Assembly: GCA_965285935.1 (NCBI GenBank) | Contig: OZ260667.1 | Coordinates: forward strand, 36,952,001-37,016,000 | Direction of reading: 5' to 3' | Length of the DNA stretch: 64,000 bases | Origin: Ophelia neglecta | Taxonomy: Eukaryota | In this document: piece after piece, positions 21,851 to 35,600 of the stretch | Numbering within the stretch: position 1 is the stretch's first letter | How the letters are laid out: each line of letters opens with the position of its first letter | Translations under genes and position numbers: made by a program | The notes under the pieces: model-generated | Databases searched by the model: none | What the model saw: only the letters and a program-made list of their open reading frames with translations | What the model was told of the DNA's origin: nothing

Positions 21851-24800
21851 CTGATGAGACAAAACAGAGTACATGTTAGGATAAAGGAATGATTACTTTA
21901 TTGCCTATACTGCTATAGGACTCAAACTTATCTAGTATATGCTTGCTACAAATATGAAATTGAGGTATACTGGAACAAAGTGATCCATTGATGCCTTCAT
22001 TGATGGTAATCATATACCTAATACCGAATACATGACAAAGCTTCATACATCACAACCTGCCAATACTAATCTGCACTGATCCTGTTATCTTTTTGTTGAG
22101 GAAAAATTCCCATACAGGCAGCCTATATATCAGCCTATAGGCCTATATATCGACATTAGATGATTCAGTACTGCAATGTATTGTGGCCACAAAAAAAAGG
22201 CCAAATCCACCATCCACCTGAATAGCTTCACAGGTGTGGGTATGAGAGAAGCCATGGCAGTGCTACTACCTTCTCCTATCATCACAGATGTAACCTGGGG
22301 CACAGGCCCCGTTACCACAGCAACATAGGCAGTTTGAAAGCCTCATGCCCCAGGCTCACAGACTATAGATATCTAAATACATCTGAGTGCCTCAGATATA
22401 GCAGGACAAGACAAATGAATACCGTCAGACAGTCAGCTATTTGACAATACCATAGGCAGAAAGGCTCATTTTCATCTTGGTGTAATGGAATCTCGGCCTA
22501 AAGTAAATCTGCATTTTTTCAACATGAGTCAAATGCTAAGAATCAGACAGGAAGTACTTCCTTTACATTAATTGTGCTTACTACATGTAGCTGACTAGCA
22601 GCTTCATTCTCTGAAGGTACTTTTATCCGATTACATTAGATTATGAAGAATGTCCACTGAAAAAGTGCTGTCAGAGAGGTGGTATTAGGGACGCAGCTAC
22701 AATATGACAGGTACGGCTGCCACATACCATCACTCAGGGAGGCAAAAACAGTACACAGTACAGTCTTAGAAAATGGCTTCCGTAAGGCAGGCCCTAGAAG
22801 AACGAGTTCTGCCCAACTGCCAGTTATTGAATAATCTGATCAACTGCCCTCAATATAACCATCTCATCCTTGAGTCTAATGGAAGATATCCAATGCTCTT
22901 CAGGTGTAATTATATTGTGTTTTTCACTCTTCCTGAGACTGCTTTTGATGGTGGCACATCAATTTCTTTTAAAAAACGTGAGGCTTTATTCACCTCAGCT
23001 GCGAGAGATGCTGAGCAAGTCTGTTCTCAGCAAGCAGCTTTTATCTTCCAGAAAACGTCTGTTTGCAATACCTGGAAAAACTTTATGATTTATGGCTGGG
23101 GCATGGTGCTGTTTGAGATTCATCAGAGTGTTTGGCTTTGGTGTTATCTGAGCAGGATTGAGGCGCAGAAAAAAAAGTTCCATCATGGCTACAATTTAAG
23201 GGTTGAACTGAAGCAATGGATTCAATTGGGGGTGATTAGCTGTTCAATGCCCTGACGCTGGGCCAGGAAATCAGTGTTGGCTGGTCACTAAACTCCCATT
23301 AACTGCCCTGACGGCATAAAACCAAGTCTCACCACCAGTGTCAAAGACTACATGCACATAAACCCTGATGAGGGGGCAAAAATAGCAAATCTTTAATGGA
23401 GCACAGGGGAAACGCTCTTAAAAAATATGTAGAAATAAGAGGTGGATATTGAGGGTGTGCAATCCACCATCGCTTTTTGTGATCTCGTTAAACTGAATGG
23501 TGATCACACCATTAATTCTGCGGAGGGTTGGAATGATTGCACGAGTGGTCACATGCCTCTTATGACAGTTTAATGTTGCCAGAGTGAGATGCCTGAGAGG
23601 CCAATAGCGCGTAGACAACTCAGTACTAGGTCTGTCCACAAATCTACTTATATTTATAGCAACTTTCATTTGTTTCCCATCCTCCAGGAGACCATCAGAA
23701 AATCATTTAAACTACACTTAGGCATCTGAAGTCATCAGCAGAATCTACTTTTCCTAGCCAGAAGTGTTCACTAAACATGGCACCGGGAGGGCTGGGAATG
23801 ACCCAGCACCAACTATAGTCCCCATGTGGACATCCATCATCCCCTCACAGACACATTTCATGGCAAAGTCGTCACATGAAATCTCTGCATTACACCGCCC
23901 AATAAACGCCAGTTTCTGCTGCAGAGAATAAATGGAGCAACATCATTATGATTGCCATATAATATTGCAATATATGGAGGATTCTTTCTTGGGGCCATTT
24001 AGGACAGAAGCATAATGGAGCTTTGTACGAGTCTTTGATTGGCCTGCCAGCATCTCTATCACTTTCCTGCAGCTATATGGAATTTCAAGGCTTGGATTAT
24101 CCAAACAGGAGAAGACCAGCCCAGTTTACTTCTGGTGGCTTGACTGCCTGAAAAGCCCTTTTGACACGGGCACCATGTACTGAAATTAAGGTACTGGCCT
24201 AAAGCTGAGGCAGAACCAATTTGGCACACATGCCATTTCCATGCAACCTTTAAAGGTAAATGAGAGAGTGTGTGAGGATGGCTGTTTGTACAGGCTGACA
24301 AGCATATTGAGTTCCAGCTCATTTTGTCATAGAAACACCTGATGTGAAGATCAATGATACCTGAGAGCAGAGGAGATCCCCACAACTGTGACTGTGCCAT
24401 CCAAGCCAGCATCTCTCCCAGCCTCTATAGCTGGCTATTCATCACCCAACAAAGCCTAATACTAATGATTCATTTGCATAGTTTTAAGCCAGGTTTATTA
24501 CAACCTTTGCCCTGGAAATCTGTGCTAATTAATCTGACGTTTCCACCATAATTTTGTACACAAGGTCACAAGCATCCATCCATAATTAATATGGCTGTAG
24601 TAGCCAAATAATATTTGGCATGCCGTCAGAGCTTCAGGAGTAATAAGATAATGGCTGGTCCTAATGGAACTTCCCTCATCGCATCAGCCATACAGATGGT
24701 ATATGTAGAAGGATCAGCAGCCAGGCAAGTCATCATAATGATCTCATCAGACCAGCTTAGACATTATTAATATCTCTCTTATGCAATCTTTGATTGTGGC

Positions 24801-24941
24801 CTGATTGTACAACAATAGCGCTTAATTCTGGCATGCTCTTCTCCACACCACTAATATTCATTATACAGCACAAAGAGATACAGTGATTGCATCTGCTCAT
24901 CTCACACGGATGTAAATTGAAAGTTAAAATGGCTTATAATT

Positions 24942-25124
24942 ATGTCAAAGTCCTATGAACAGGTCAAGTCCTATGAGTCCTATGGACATGTCAAGTCCTA
25001 TGGACATGTCAAGTCCTATGGACATGTCAAGTCCTATGGACATGTCAAGTCCTATGGATATGTCAAGTCCTAAGAATATCCTATGGACATGTCAAGTTCT
25101 AAGAATATCCTATGGACATGTCAA
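24942..25124. repeat. Intronic minisatellite, 18-bp unit GGACATGTCAAGTCCTAT, about 9 copies including degenerate ones
   Basis: Directly visible tandem array. It explains the (MDMSSP)n ORF. Confidence 0.95.
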
Positions 25125-26531
25125 TTGGGACAAACACATTAAGCCATGTTCACACTGTATTAACCAGTGATTGTTGTAATTATATTACACATTTGATGTG
25201 AACCAGATGCATGTAAGCAGAACAAATTCCTGGCAACAGCATAGTGGCCAGTTTTTTATTTGACCCACATTCGAAGCAGCAGTAGTAGTTATGAAAATGG
25301 TAGTTTATAGCACTTTTACAGCAAATAACTGTTAAAGGCCAGTAAGAAACGCCTGCATTCAATTAGAGAAGGTCATTTTCCATTAGAAATCCATGAACCT
25401 GAAGTTGGTGCCAATTCCATTCAATCTCAGGCGATGTATTACGCAGCACAGCCTTCCAAGTTGTTGTCACATGCCCATGATTGCCGATCAGCTATGCAAC
25501 AATATATATGGCCTAATCTACCAACTATGGCCATGGTAGGTGAAGTATTCCACTAATAGAGCTTTGACAGCTTCTTCCAAGAAAATAGCCAAATTTGATG
25601 ACCTCTTCCCACCAGCCACATAGCCGGCAGGATGGGAGGCCATGTATAGATGAGCCCAGTCATGCAACCCTACCACAATTCACTTGCCTTCCCTCTCAAC
25701 AGCCCACATTTCCATTTCTCAAACCTGATTGAATTTGTGGCTTTAATGTAATCTTGGCAATGTTTCGACATCTTTGTAGCAAATCTATTACCATTTTCAC
25801 ACATAGGATTTCTTGCCATATATTGATATTGATATGTTCGATGCAAAACGAAATATACTGAATATTATACTGATCAATGGAACACTTAACTCTGCTTCAT
25901 AAATCTGGCAAGCATAAACATCCATTTTTAGTTTCATTAGAAAGTATATTATTTTGTGTATACAAATTTTATTGTTTACAAGATATTACTTCTACACTGA
26001 AAGTAACACTACTGGCGCATATACATAAATAGAATCGGAGCAGGGAAGCCACTAAGTCTAGCCTAGTTAACACACACAGCACAAAGTAAAATGTTTTGAC
26101 ATTTTCAGATGCCAGGCAATAGGGGCATTTGGTAAGATTTGAATCGCTTCAAAGGCATTGTCCATTTTTTTTGAATTTGTAATCATGCAACATATATGAG
26201 TAATAGAAAAATTTCAAAATGGTGCTACATGCACTAATGATAAATATAGCTGTCAACTATGGGAGATTGGTGACTACCTCGGTAAGCAGAGATACCAATC
26301 TAAAGCCATACCATGAACAGACTCGGGAGCCCACAGGAATCTGTCTCAACCCTAATGATGGCAATTTCTGTACTGTAACTGCCTTGTCATCAGCAGAAAA
26401 AAAAAACCAATCAAAATGAAATCAGACTGATACTATCATGTATGATATGGTAAAACAGGGCCCAACCAGATCTGCCAACATTTCAGGTTGGGCACGATGG
26501 ATGTGCGTGTGTGAATGTCGGCTAGACTTAC

Positions 26532-26616
26532 CGCTTAGCGCTCGCATCAGAGCCCTACCTCCTGCAGTTCCTTGAGGTATCATCACCTCTTTCGGCTGTG
26601 CTTTTTTGCACTCCAC
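26532..26616 (-). CDS. msi: Musashi exon (85 nt): VECKKAQPKEVMIPQGTAGGRALMRALS(G), end of RRM2
   Basis: Acceptor gacccaaccag, donor GCG|gtaagt, phase 0 to 1. VECKKAQPKEVM is the conserved Musashi RRM2 C-terminus. Confidence 0.96.
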
Positions 26617-27040
26617 CTGGTTGGGTCACAAAGCAAATTACATATCATGCGATGTCATCAAAAAGTTTAAATTGATATTTTTATTTCATTCTCTTTTGCA
26701 ATTGGCTATAAATGAGGCAAGTTTATAAAGAAAGATTACACTGGTAAAACCCAGTATAATTGAGGTCTACTGGTACTGGGAATGAGAGACTCTCAACTGG
26801 CCAGTATTTATTGTGCCAATAGGTGGTGCCCCCAAGTGGTCAACTGGAGAATAGATTTGCATTGGACTGTGGAGCAGCTGTACAGGCCCCAATCCCACTG
26901 AGCCTTATTATTACTCACATCATATCTAGTTGGCTAAGCATGATAATTAAGGTTTCATAGTCAGTGGCTCTAAAGTCTGAGATCGGCTAATTAATATCCC
27001 TATTTTAATGGCTATTTGAGATTGTTTAATCAATACTCAC

Positions 27041-27123
27041 CATTTTGTTATTTATTTCATGAAAGTGGATCTCACACACTTTGTCCACTATGTCTTCACT
27101 TTCAAATGTTACAAATGCAAATC
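27041..27123 (-). CDS. msi: Musashi RRM2 exon (83 nt): (G)[27 protein letters not shown], containing RNP1
   Basis: Acceptor gttttctctttgtag, donor ATG|gtgagt, phase 1 to 0. Near-identical to the Musashi signature [28 protein letters not shown]. Confidence 0.97.
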
Positions 27124-29456
27124 CTACAAAGAGAAAACAGTTTATACAGACTCATTCATCAAATCAACTAGATCATTAACACTGTCCACTAAATTTACTT
27201 TATAGCAATAGTATAAATGTATGGGGATAGAGCCGAGTTCTTTACACTGACAAGTTATATGATTCAGCTGACAATAGTATATTGAATCTTAGTAGTAAGT
27301 TTTGGCAAAACATCAACCGATCCATTACTTGGCTTTGAAACTACCTCGCCCTTGTAAATTAGGGGCTTTTAGGAAGGAATCTCTTTTACACCCCACTGCC
27401 TAATGGAATAATTTTGATAAATATGGCATCAAACACCTAGTTCAAAACATGGTAATTATTAGGATGGATTAGACAAAGAAGTAAGATGAATGGCACACCA
27501 GAACTGAGCGCTGCTCCCGGCCAAGTTGAAAGCAATGATATGATTAACTGACTTGGGAGATGCAAAATATGTGCCTAAAATACGTAATACTTCGCATGTC
27601 ATGCATTTGACACTAAAATATGATTGGAAGCTGCTCTTGCCCAGATGGAAATTTCATTGATCCAATAAATTTACCTTTTTGCCTTCTAACACTCGAAGTA
27701 TTGGTTGTTCATCTTATATTTTGAAATATGACCTTGCTGATGATTCAAGGTATTCTGTGCCACTCTATTAGCCCATTGCCTTTCTCCAGAAAACCCATTA
27801 AAAGACATGTAGCCAGTGTCAGAGGTTGCCTCATGCTGGGGAGTTTCCAGGCAATGTACAATGCAGCGTGCACAACTAGATTATCCCCTATCACTGCCAG
27901 TTCACCAGTCTCCTCGGGGAACCAAATGAACAGAATAATGTCTCCCTGACTTAACAAATTAAAGATCACTGCCCACTTTCTTTATAATGGCCACTGTGCT
28001 CTGCTCTCATGGTAACTGGCTACACATCTTCAACTGGCAAGTCAAATTCACTCCTCCTTTTCCACCTATTAAGGCGATTTCTTTCCCCTGTTATTTAAGT
28101 TCTACCAGCAGTACCATGAAGGGATAATCCATTGTTCTATTACTGGCCTATTCGCTGCATGTGAAAACTTGATCTCTGTAGCTTACACAGCAAATAGTGA
28201 GAATTGAGGTTGCCAGCTAAGGTCATTTATTCATAAAAATCACAGAAAAGGAAATTACAAACTTATCTGTTCCAATTGATCACATAGAGATGTATTCTAA
28301 TGCTGGCTGTGTGCTGACACTGCTGTCAAGTCAGTCAGCTCACTGCCTTGACCTTCCTATATGACACAATATCAATTGGCAGAAATCCCCTCCACAAGAC
28401 CACAAGGGACAGTAAACCCCTGGCACATTGCTAGATTAAATCTAATATTCTTAAAAATATTTTGTGCCTATCATCAAAACTGTTTAGAATCAGCCCCAAA
28501 TGGTTTCCATTCATGGCTAATCTAATAATACCTAATAGCCTTATGAATAGAAAACTGGCCTGCCAGAATGGTCCCGTGAAAAAAATACAGGCCAGCAAGA
28601 AGGCAGGCATCTCAAACTGAAAATTGGGTTGCACAGATTCAGTGCAACTTCACATCTAGTTAGCTTCCCCCAAGTTGTGGAGGGATTTCACCAAGCCAAC
28701 CTTGTTTTGATGATGGCAGCTGTGAAATGAGTTAAAGAAGAACGTGGATGAGTGGCAGTAGCCTCACCAGCAGTCACCGAGTGCCTCTTAGGGCCATACA
28801 TGCTGTGTCCCACTCACCTTACTGTGGTAGCTTGTGGAAAAAGAAATTGGGACAGACCAATCTAATTGGGTCGTGTGATTCACAAGGGTGCTTTTATTTG
28901 ATTTTCCTAATTTACTGTGAAGTTTGAAATGAATCAGGCAAAGTTAAATTAAGGCTCATGTGCCTGTCAGAGTGGTTGTATGCCATTGAGATTCCACAGA
29001 CTCTGCCTTACTGAATGCAGAGCCCCAGACTTCTGTGATTCATGTATCTCAGCAAATGAAGCAAAAATTTGGCCGCTATGAATCACTGAATTATACAATT
29101 TTTGTTCCTATACAAAGCAGCAAAGACATATGATGATGGAGTCTTTTGATTTTTATGGAAAAAGCATGGAAAGAATTGCTTATAGTTAGTGAAATTAAGC
29201 CTCAGATCAGGCCGACATTGCCTGTTAAACTGTCGTAATGTTGTATATATGTACATAATTTACGGTTTTCTAAAATGCCAGTCACAACACAAGTTATGGA
29301 ATTAAAACTTCCCATTCTTACGAATCCATTTAGCATTTGTCCGATTAATGAAGTCATGGCTGTCATGAGGCTTACACCGGGGAAAGCTGGCTATAACTAA
29401 GATAACAGGCATAAACTGCTCTGGCTCTTTATGAAAACCATAAGACCTCAAGAAAA

Positions 29457-29475
29457 TGGGGGGGGGGGGGGGGGG
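29457..29475. repeat. Poly-G homopolymer (G19); other G/C runs near 9895, 21022, 42760, 44064, 56983 and 63404
   Basis: Directly visible. Confidence 0.9.
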
Positions 29476-29586
29476 AGGGATTTACTGGCATTTTCAGCAT
29501 TCATGGCTTATATTGACAGTCAGAAAATGAATTAAGTCAACCAGAGAAGCAATGGTTTTGTTCATTTCTAAAATAGGGGTCACTTG

Positions 29587-29600
29587 GTTGCCTTGGCAAC
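29587..29600. promoter_or_regulatory. RFX X-box motif GTTGCCTTGGCAAC
   Basis: Perfect inverted half-sites matching GTTRCC-nn-GGYAAC. Function is inferred. Confidence 0.55.
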
Positions 29601-32600
29601 AGTCAATTACACACATCTAGAGCACAATAAGTCGCCAAGGACAACTAATCATATTTTGTTGCTGCGGCTGTCCAATGGGCTGTCCAATGGTCTATATCGT
29701 GGCTTTACACTTCAATGTTTATTGTTGATTCAAGTAGGGCCTTCCTAAAGCACAGTCTTTAATCATAGCGTCTCATTCTCTGATGGATTAGACATCATGA
29801 AACAGCAAGGCAAAGGTTGACATTACCTGATTCAATTCACAATTCAATCCACATCATGGCAAGGATACAAAGACAACCGAGCACCCTCTCAATGATAGAA
29901 ATGTCACATTTTGTGGACATTGAAGCTTCTTTCATCAATATTTGGTAGTATTTCATGTCCCAGCTGCATTCTCCAGACTCTGCTTTAATTTTAAAGTCAA
30001 AATTGTGACATTTCTGTTTAACAAGATTCTTCATGGCCATGGCTTGTGTACCCAATACAACAATGGGATTCTGCTTACTTTCATTGCCTTGTGGATTTAA
30101 ACAAAGATGTCCAATAAAAGGATAAACCTCATTTATCCTTTGATGAGTGAGCATGCACACCATTTCATGCCTGTTTTTGATCCAAGCCCAAATCATTCAC
30201 AAGGTTAACATAATCTTGATAGAGCCAATGGGGTTATGACAGGGTCAGCCAACATCTCATGTTAACCACCAATGAATCCATCTAACAGACACAGTAGTCA
30301 ACCACAAGGCATACATATTAAATGGAAACTTGGTTGTTTGGGCAGTTCAGACCTGGGATTTATTGCCATTTGATCTGCATTGCTCCTCCTAAAACTTACG
30401 AGCAGAGGCAACCGCTGCCAGTGCCAGGTTATCCCGGTCATATCCTGGCACTACAACAGAATTCACGACACTAGAGGGGCAGCAGAGGAAGTAATAAAAC
30501 CACAAGACCCTGCCCAACAGGACTCCCAATACCTACAGGAGAAAACCTGCAACCTGGCCAGGCCCTGTGAAAGCTTCATAATCCCATTACTGTGGAGAAA
30601 TATAATCACAAGACGAGCAAGCAAAGTTCAGTGGTAGAACAGCCACATACAGTAAGGCATTAGAGGAGAAGGGCTCTCCGGAGGCTGATTGCTCCAGCCC
30701 TCATCACCTTATTTATTAACATGTTGATATTTGCAAGACAGCTTCTTTCTGCTGAGGCAAAGCCAGTATTGACTTGAATGGATTAAAAGAGACTTGAGGT
30801 CAAATTGAGCTGAAATGCCCTTGCAGTGTCTATTGCCGATCCATGCTGCATTTATATGGATATAATTCACAGTGATTCATTGCAGAATAGAGGGAATGGG
30901 GCAGCTTCCAATGACTTCTTGTACAGCCAGCAATGTATCAGAGCACTTCCACTGTCAATTCACCATGACAACAGTTCCAAGCCATTGGCTCACTGAACAA
31001 GAATTCCCATGATACAGCTTGGACGCCCACTCACGCAAAATATACTCTTTAAACAGTTGAGCAGTGGGAGGTAAAAAATATTCCTCTGGGCTGAATGTTG
31101 AAAAATGGTAGTTCAGCAATCAGTATCCATGTAGATGCAGATCAGTTTTATGAAACAGCTACATATTAGCAAAAATAACCCCAAAAAACACCCTACCAAG
31201 TAGTTTAGGCAAATCTCATTAATTCCTGTATGGGGACTCTTCAATAAACATGCGTAATTATGATCTAAAATATTGGCTGCATATTTGGTACATACCAGAT
31301 ACAGTGTGCTCGATAATTTTTGGCCCGATAAAGAAAACACCTGGAGCAAATGCCATGCTTAATGATAGGTCAGTGTATAGTTAACTACTGCCTTTCCAGA
31401 CCAATGAGATTGCTGTTTTTACAAGAATTCCCTTATTTGTGTCAAGACTTTCATCAAAGTCGTCTGTAACCAGATTTGAGATTACAATAAGAAGACCACA
31501 AAGCGGCCGTTTGGCCACGATTCAACCATGTATCCCGCCTTTACAGCCGTATGAGAATGTCAAGAGCAAGACAAATTCACCAAAGTCTTAGCAATAGCAG
31601 GGTTACAGGGTAATATTGGCAAAATACCATGGCTACTGCAGCAATCAAGGCTTCCATTTAACACCAAGGTCATCTCCTGACTGCCATAGATGAACCAAAT
31701 TGGAAGGATCCAGGAGAAAAACCTCACATTTTATTCTACCTTGGCTGAATGTGGACAAGATAATGCTGAGGAATAGTGCATAAGGGCTAAGCTATTCCTT
31801 ATAAGATGCATTTTATTAAGAGAAAGCAACATAAAGGAATCATTTTATATTCTCTGGTTAGACTATTGGCTCCTGAGCTTCAAATTGCCAGGAGACTACA
31901 GTAGCAGACAATAGTGAAGGTTTGTTCCAACAACATCCTGTTGGTTGTACTGTGAGACATCATCAAATGACCCAAGCTCTAGACTGCCCTTGGCAAAGAA
32001 GCTCTAAACAACGAATACAAAGGCAAAATGATTTTTGAGGTCAACAAGGAGAATTTTACAGCCCAATCTTTAGCCAAACGGTCACAGTTGGTGGCTGTGA
32101 ACATATCTGGCAGGTTTTACCACTGGAGATGATCCTTTGTTCATTGCTTTTTATCTTGCCTGGGCTGTTATGGCATAGCCCCCTTGCCTGTAAGGCTCAA
32201 ATCAACTACTCAGTGCCAGAGACCATTGAAACAGTCACAGATTAAACACTATTGCTTTAAATGATTTAAAAGCCCACCTTGTCATGCCATCTGCAATGTT
32301 CTACAAGGAAGTGGTGACAACACCTAACTGCTGTCCTTATTACATTTGGACAGATGCTACCACGGTCCTGCACTTTCATCTTACTAATGACCTTTATTGG
32401 ATGTTGCAGACAGTTACAAGGTGGCCTGCTTAGCCACCTCAGATCAACTTGGTCATATATGGCCTACATCTCTTCCCTGATTCAATTTGCCCCATGGAGG
32501 TTGGTTGAAATTGGAGGTTATTTCCACCCTAGCTTTGATCTAGTTCAATGCCCTGATCCTCTGATTTTTTGATTAAGACAAGCCTTTGGGCATTGTTATA

Positions 32601-35600
32601 CACATAAAAAGCCAGATGGTTACACCAATACATGTCAGTACAGCCCAAGCAAACCTGCCAAAACTTGTGGTTTCAATTATGGTTGTTAAATTGCTAATAA
32701 TTCATTTTTTGTGTGATAATGGAGCTATAGTTGGTTGGCCAGCATATCGGTTTTGCAGTGATATATGACTTCTTGTCTCAACCAGTTGCCCTAGTGGGCT
32801 GTTTTTTTGGCAACTAATGTCACTACATCATCTGGAAATCATGTTTGTACATGATGGTACCCTTTCCACTGGATTGCAGAGTTTATCAATGAATGCTTCC
32901 GCCACTTTCAATCAGGGAGAGAAAGGAGATTTTTCCGGCCAGCAGTATTTGCTTCAGCTTTGGTCTCATGGCCTTTTTCACCTCAGAGATTTTAACAGAC
33001 AGGAGAGCATGGCCGAGTCCGATATAAAGGGAAGGCAGCCAGCAGTATGTGGATTACTAAAAGCTGCTGTAGGGCAGTGGATAGATAGTTCATTTTGATT
33101 TGAAAGATCCCCAAACCTGTATCAGAACTTGACCGGAACCAGAATCTTCCTGAACAGATTCCAATGCAGCCTTCTACAAACAAAGACTATTATGCTCTAC
33201 CTACCATGCTTTGCCATCACTAGGCTAAAATATGTACATTTTATAAATACCGCTCTCTTGCAGTAGGTCCATGTCTGGGTGTTGATATATATACAAGCAG
33301 GATGGGGCGGAGTCAAGATTGGAGTCAACATGTGGGAGTTGTTGGTGGACAGATTTAAGTTGGGTTGAGTTAGAAGATTGATGAGGGAGAGGGAGTGCCT
33401 CTGGACATATCAGACTAGGATGATAGCTCAAAATACTTCTGGTGCACATATCAGCATATTTTTGATATGATAATGTGATCAGTCATAAAGTAAATAACAA
33501 GCAATCCAGGTAAGTGTGAAGACTCTTTGATGATAGTCGCCACTGACAAGTATGCCACTCTAACATAAAACAAAAATCCAAATAATCATTTTTCAACAGT
33601 TTTGTTCCCCATACATCAAGATAATTTCTGGTGAGAGGGAGAGGTGTGAGCAGAGATTGTCCCAGTGCTGAGAAAAACCCACTTAACAAATTTGCAATGC
33701 TTGTTTGTGTTGACTTTTATCAGAAAATTTGAAACTTATTGAGGGTCAAATAAAGGGTACATATTGCAACAGTTTTAAATTTAAGAATTCTACTCCAACC
33801 AACATAGACTGTGCCAGCTGCATTTCTACACTATAAAAAATAGCCAAATAAATATCTCAAAAGACTGTGGCACGTGTCGTTGGCAAGATCAATGATTTAA
33901 TCAATATAGGTGTAGTATAGAATTAGAAATTCCATATAGGGATCAAAAGGTAATATCTTGAACACAGTTTGTTAATTAGCAGCTCCCAAACTTAACACTC
34001 CAAAAGGCATATCATTTCTCATTTTTCTTTTGATAAGACCCATCCCTCCCATTTGTTTTTGCCAGAGTCTGGGTCATTTGCAGTCAACTGCAAATCAATG
34101 AAATCAATTAAACTAGGGTGTGCAAAGTGTTGTATTGATCTTGAGCACATGGCACTTTATAGGGATTTATCAAGTGCCTCCCTCTCATTTACAGTAACAC
34201 AGATGCCCTCTTTGAACGGTTTGTACAGCATATGGCGCTGTTCTGATTATGCTTCCACTGAGATACAAACGAGATGTTCTCCTTCTATATGATAAGCTGC
34301 GATGGCCTGCTTCTTAGGATTCTGTAAACACACTTCTGTCTGATTTTCCTGCTGGATACTAAGGCTTAACCAAGGGGTATTAGCAGCACACTTGTAGAAC
34401 TTGACAGCATGACGTGTTTGACAATATCACTTTGGCAATGGCTTCGTGCATTATACATGACAGTGAAATAGTGTCCCATCTAAAAGGTTTTGTGTATTGT
34501 ACCTGCCCTTGTGAGAAACACTGCAGAGGGAATTTTCTGTTTTTAAACATAATGTCTACATAATCATGATCTTTCCTCTGGATTAAGTTTCGCTTGGCTC
34601 CTGCTAAAATGTGCTAAAAGCGGTACATTTGCAAGCGCCAGCATCCATCCGTGGCCCCTAACATGTCCCACAAGTAGAGCTATGTCTATCAAAGCCATGC
34701 GAGAAGGAGAGGATGTCAGATAAGTTGGTCGACAACAGGCCAATCATTCTAACACCTTGGTTATCTGGCCCTGAACATCTGGACAGAAGTTTCCCATGCA
34801 GTGCCAGCACATTCTCCTCTGCAACAGAGGATCAAGTCTGCCTCCCAATGTCTCAATGATGCATGGTCCCAAGCCATATTGTGCCACATTTAATACCAAA
34901 TACCCTTGTACTTATCCCTTATTTACCCATGCCTCTGCCCTGGCCATTCCACCACTCTTTCTAGGCAGAATGCTAATAAGATGAAAATTATTTTCCCCTT
35001 CTCATTTCCAATTGCCTTCCCAAGCAACAAACAAACAGGGATCAAGAACGCATTGCTCAACTAAGCACAGAATCCCCAACTTAAAGACTCAGGAGAAAAA
35101 GAGAAAATGTGTGCCTTTTGATCAGTGATCCAGGTCAATGCTGAAGGTGCACCATGGGAGAAACTCGCACTTTTTCCACATAAGAAGAGCTTTATTGGTT
35201 TAGGGCTATGCTTTGGAAGCAATTCCAGTTAAAACAGGACATTTAGAGTGTTAAATCCAATGGTAATGTTACGCCAAATCTTCTCCAATATTATAATCAG
35301 TACAGACTTGGGGGAATACAGAACACCATCAAAATGCTTAAATGTAGAGCGTTGGCTGACCAATTCATGAACTATTGTGGAGAAGCTCTCCTGATGGGTT
35401 GGCTATGCAGCAATTGGTAACCAGCCCACCTCTTATCTACATTCAATAAGACATTGCTGACAGTGTTATAGGTTTTTATTTAGTCTAATCAGAGATTGGC
35501 TTTACCATAAGAGGCAGTCCTTATCTGTGGTAAGCAAATATATGGTAAAAGCTAAGATCATTTTGTTTGTTTGCGTAGCTTTTTGTTTATCAAATATACA

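Noticed and set aside
22773-23255. 160-aa plus-strand ORF, and similar long ORFs at 40001-40558, 41372-41957, 48138-48664 and 61562-62122
   Set aside because: No recognisable domain, atypical Cys/Trp/Leu-rich composition, located within musashi introns, and of lengths expected by chance.
24942-25124. CRISPR-like appearance of the short repeats
   Set aside because: Units are head-to-tail without unique spacers, there are no cas genes, and the context is a eukaryotic intron.
24955-25170. ORF encoding (MDMSSP)n
   Set aside because: Translation artefact of the 18-bp minisatellite.
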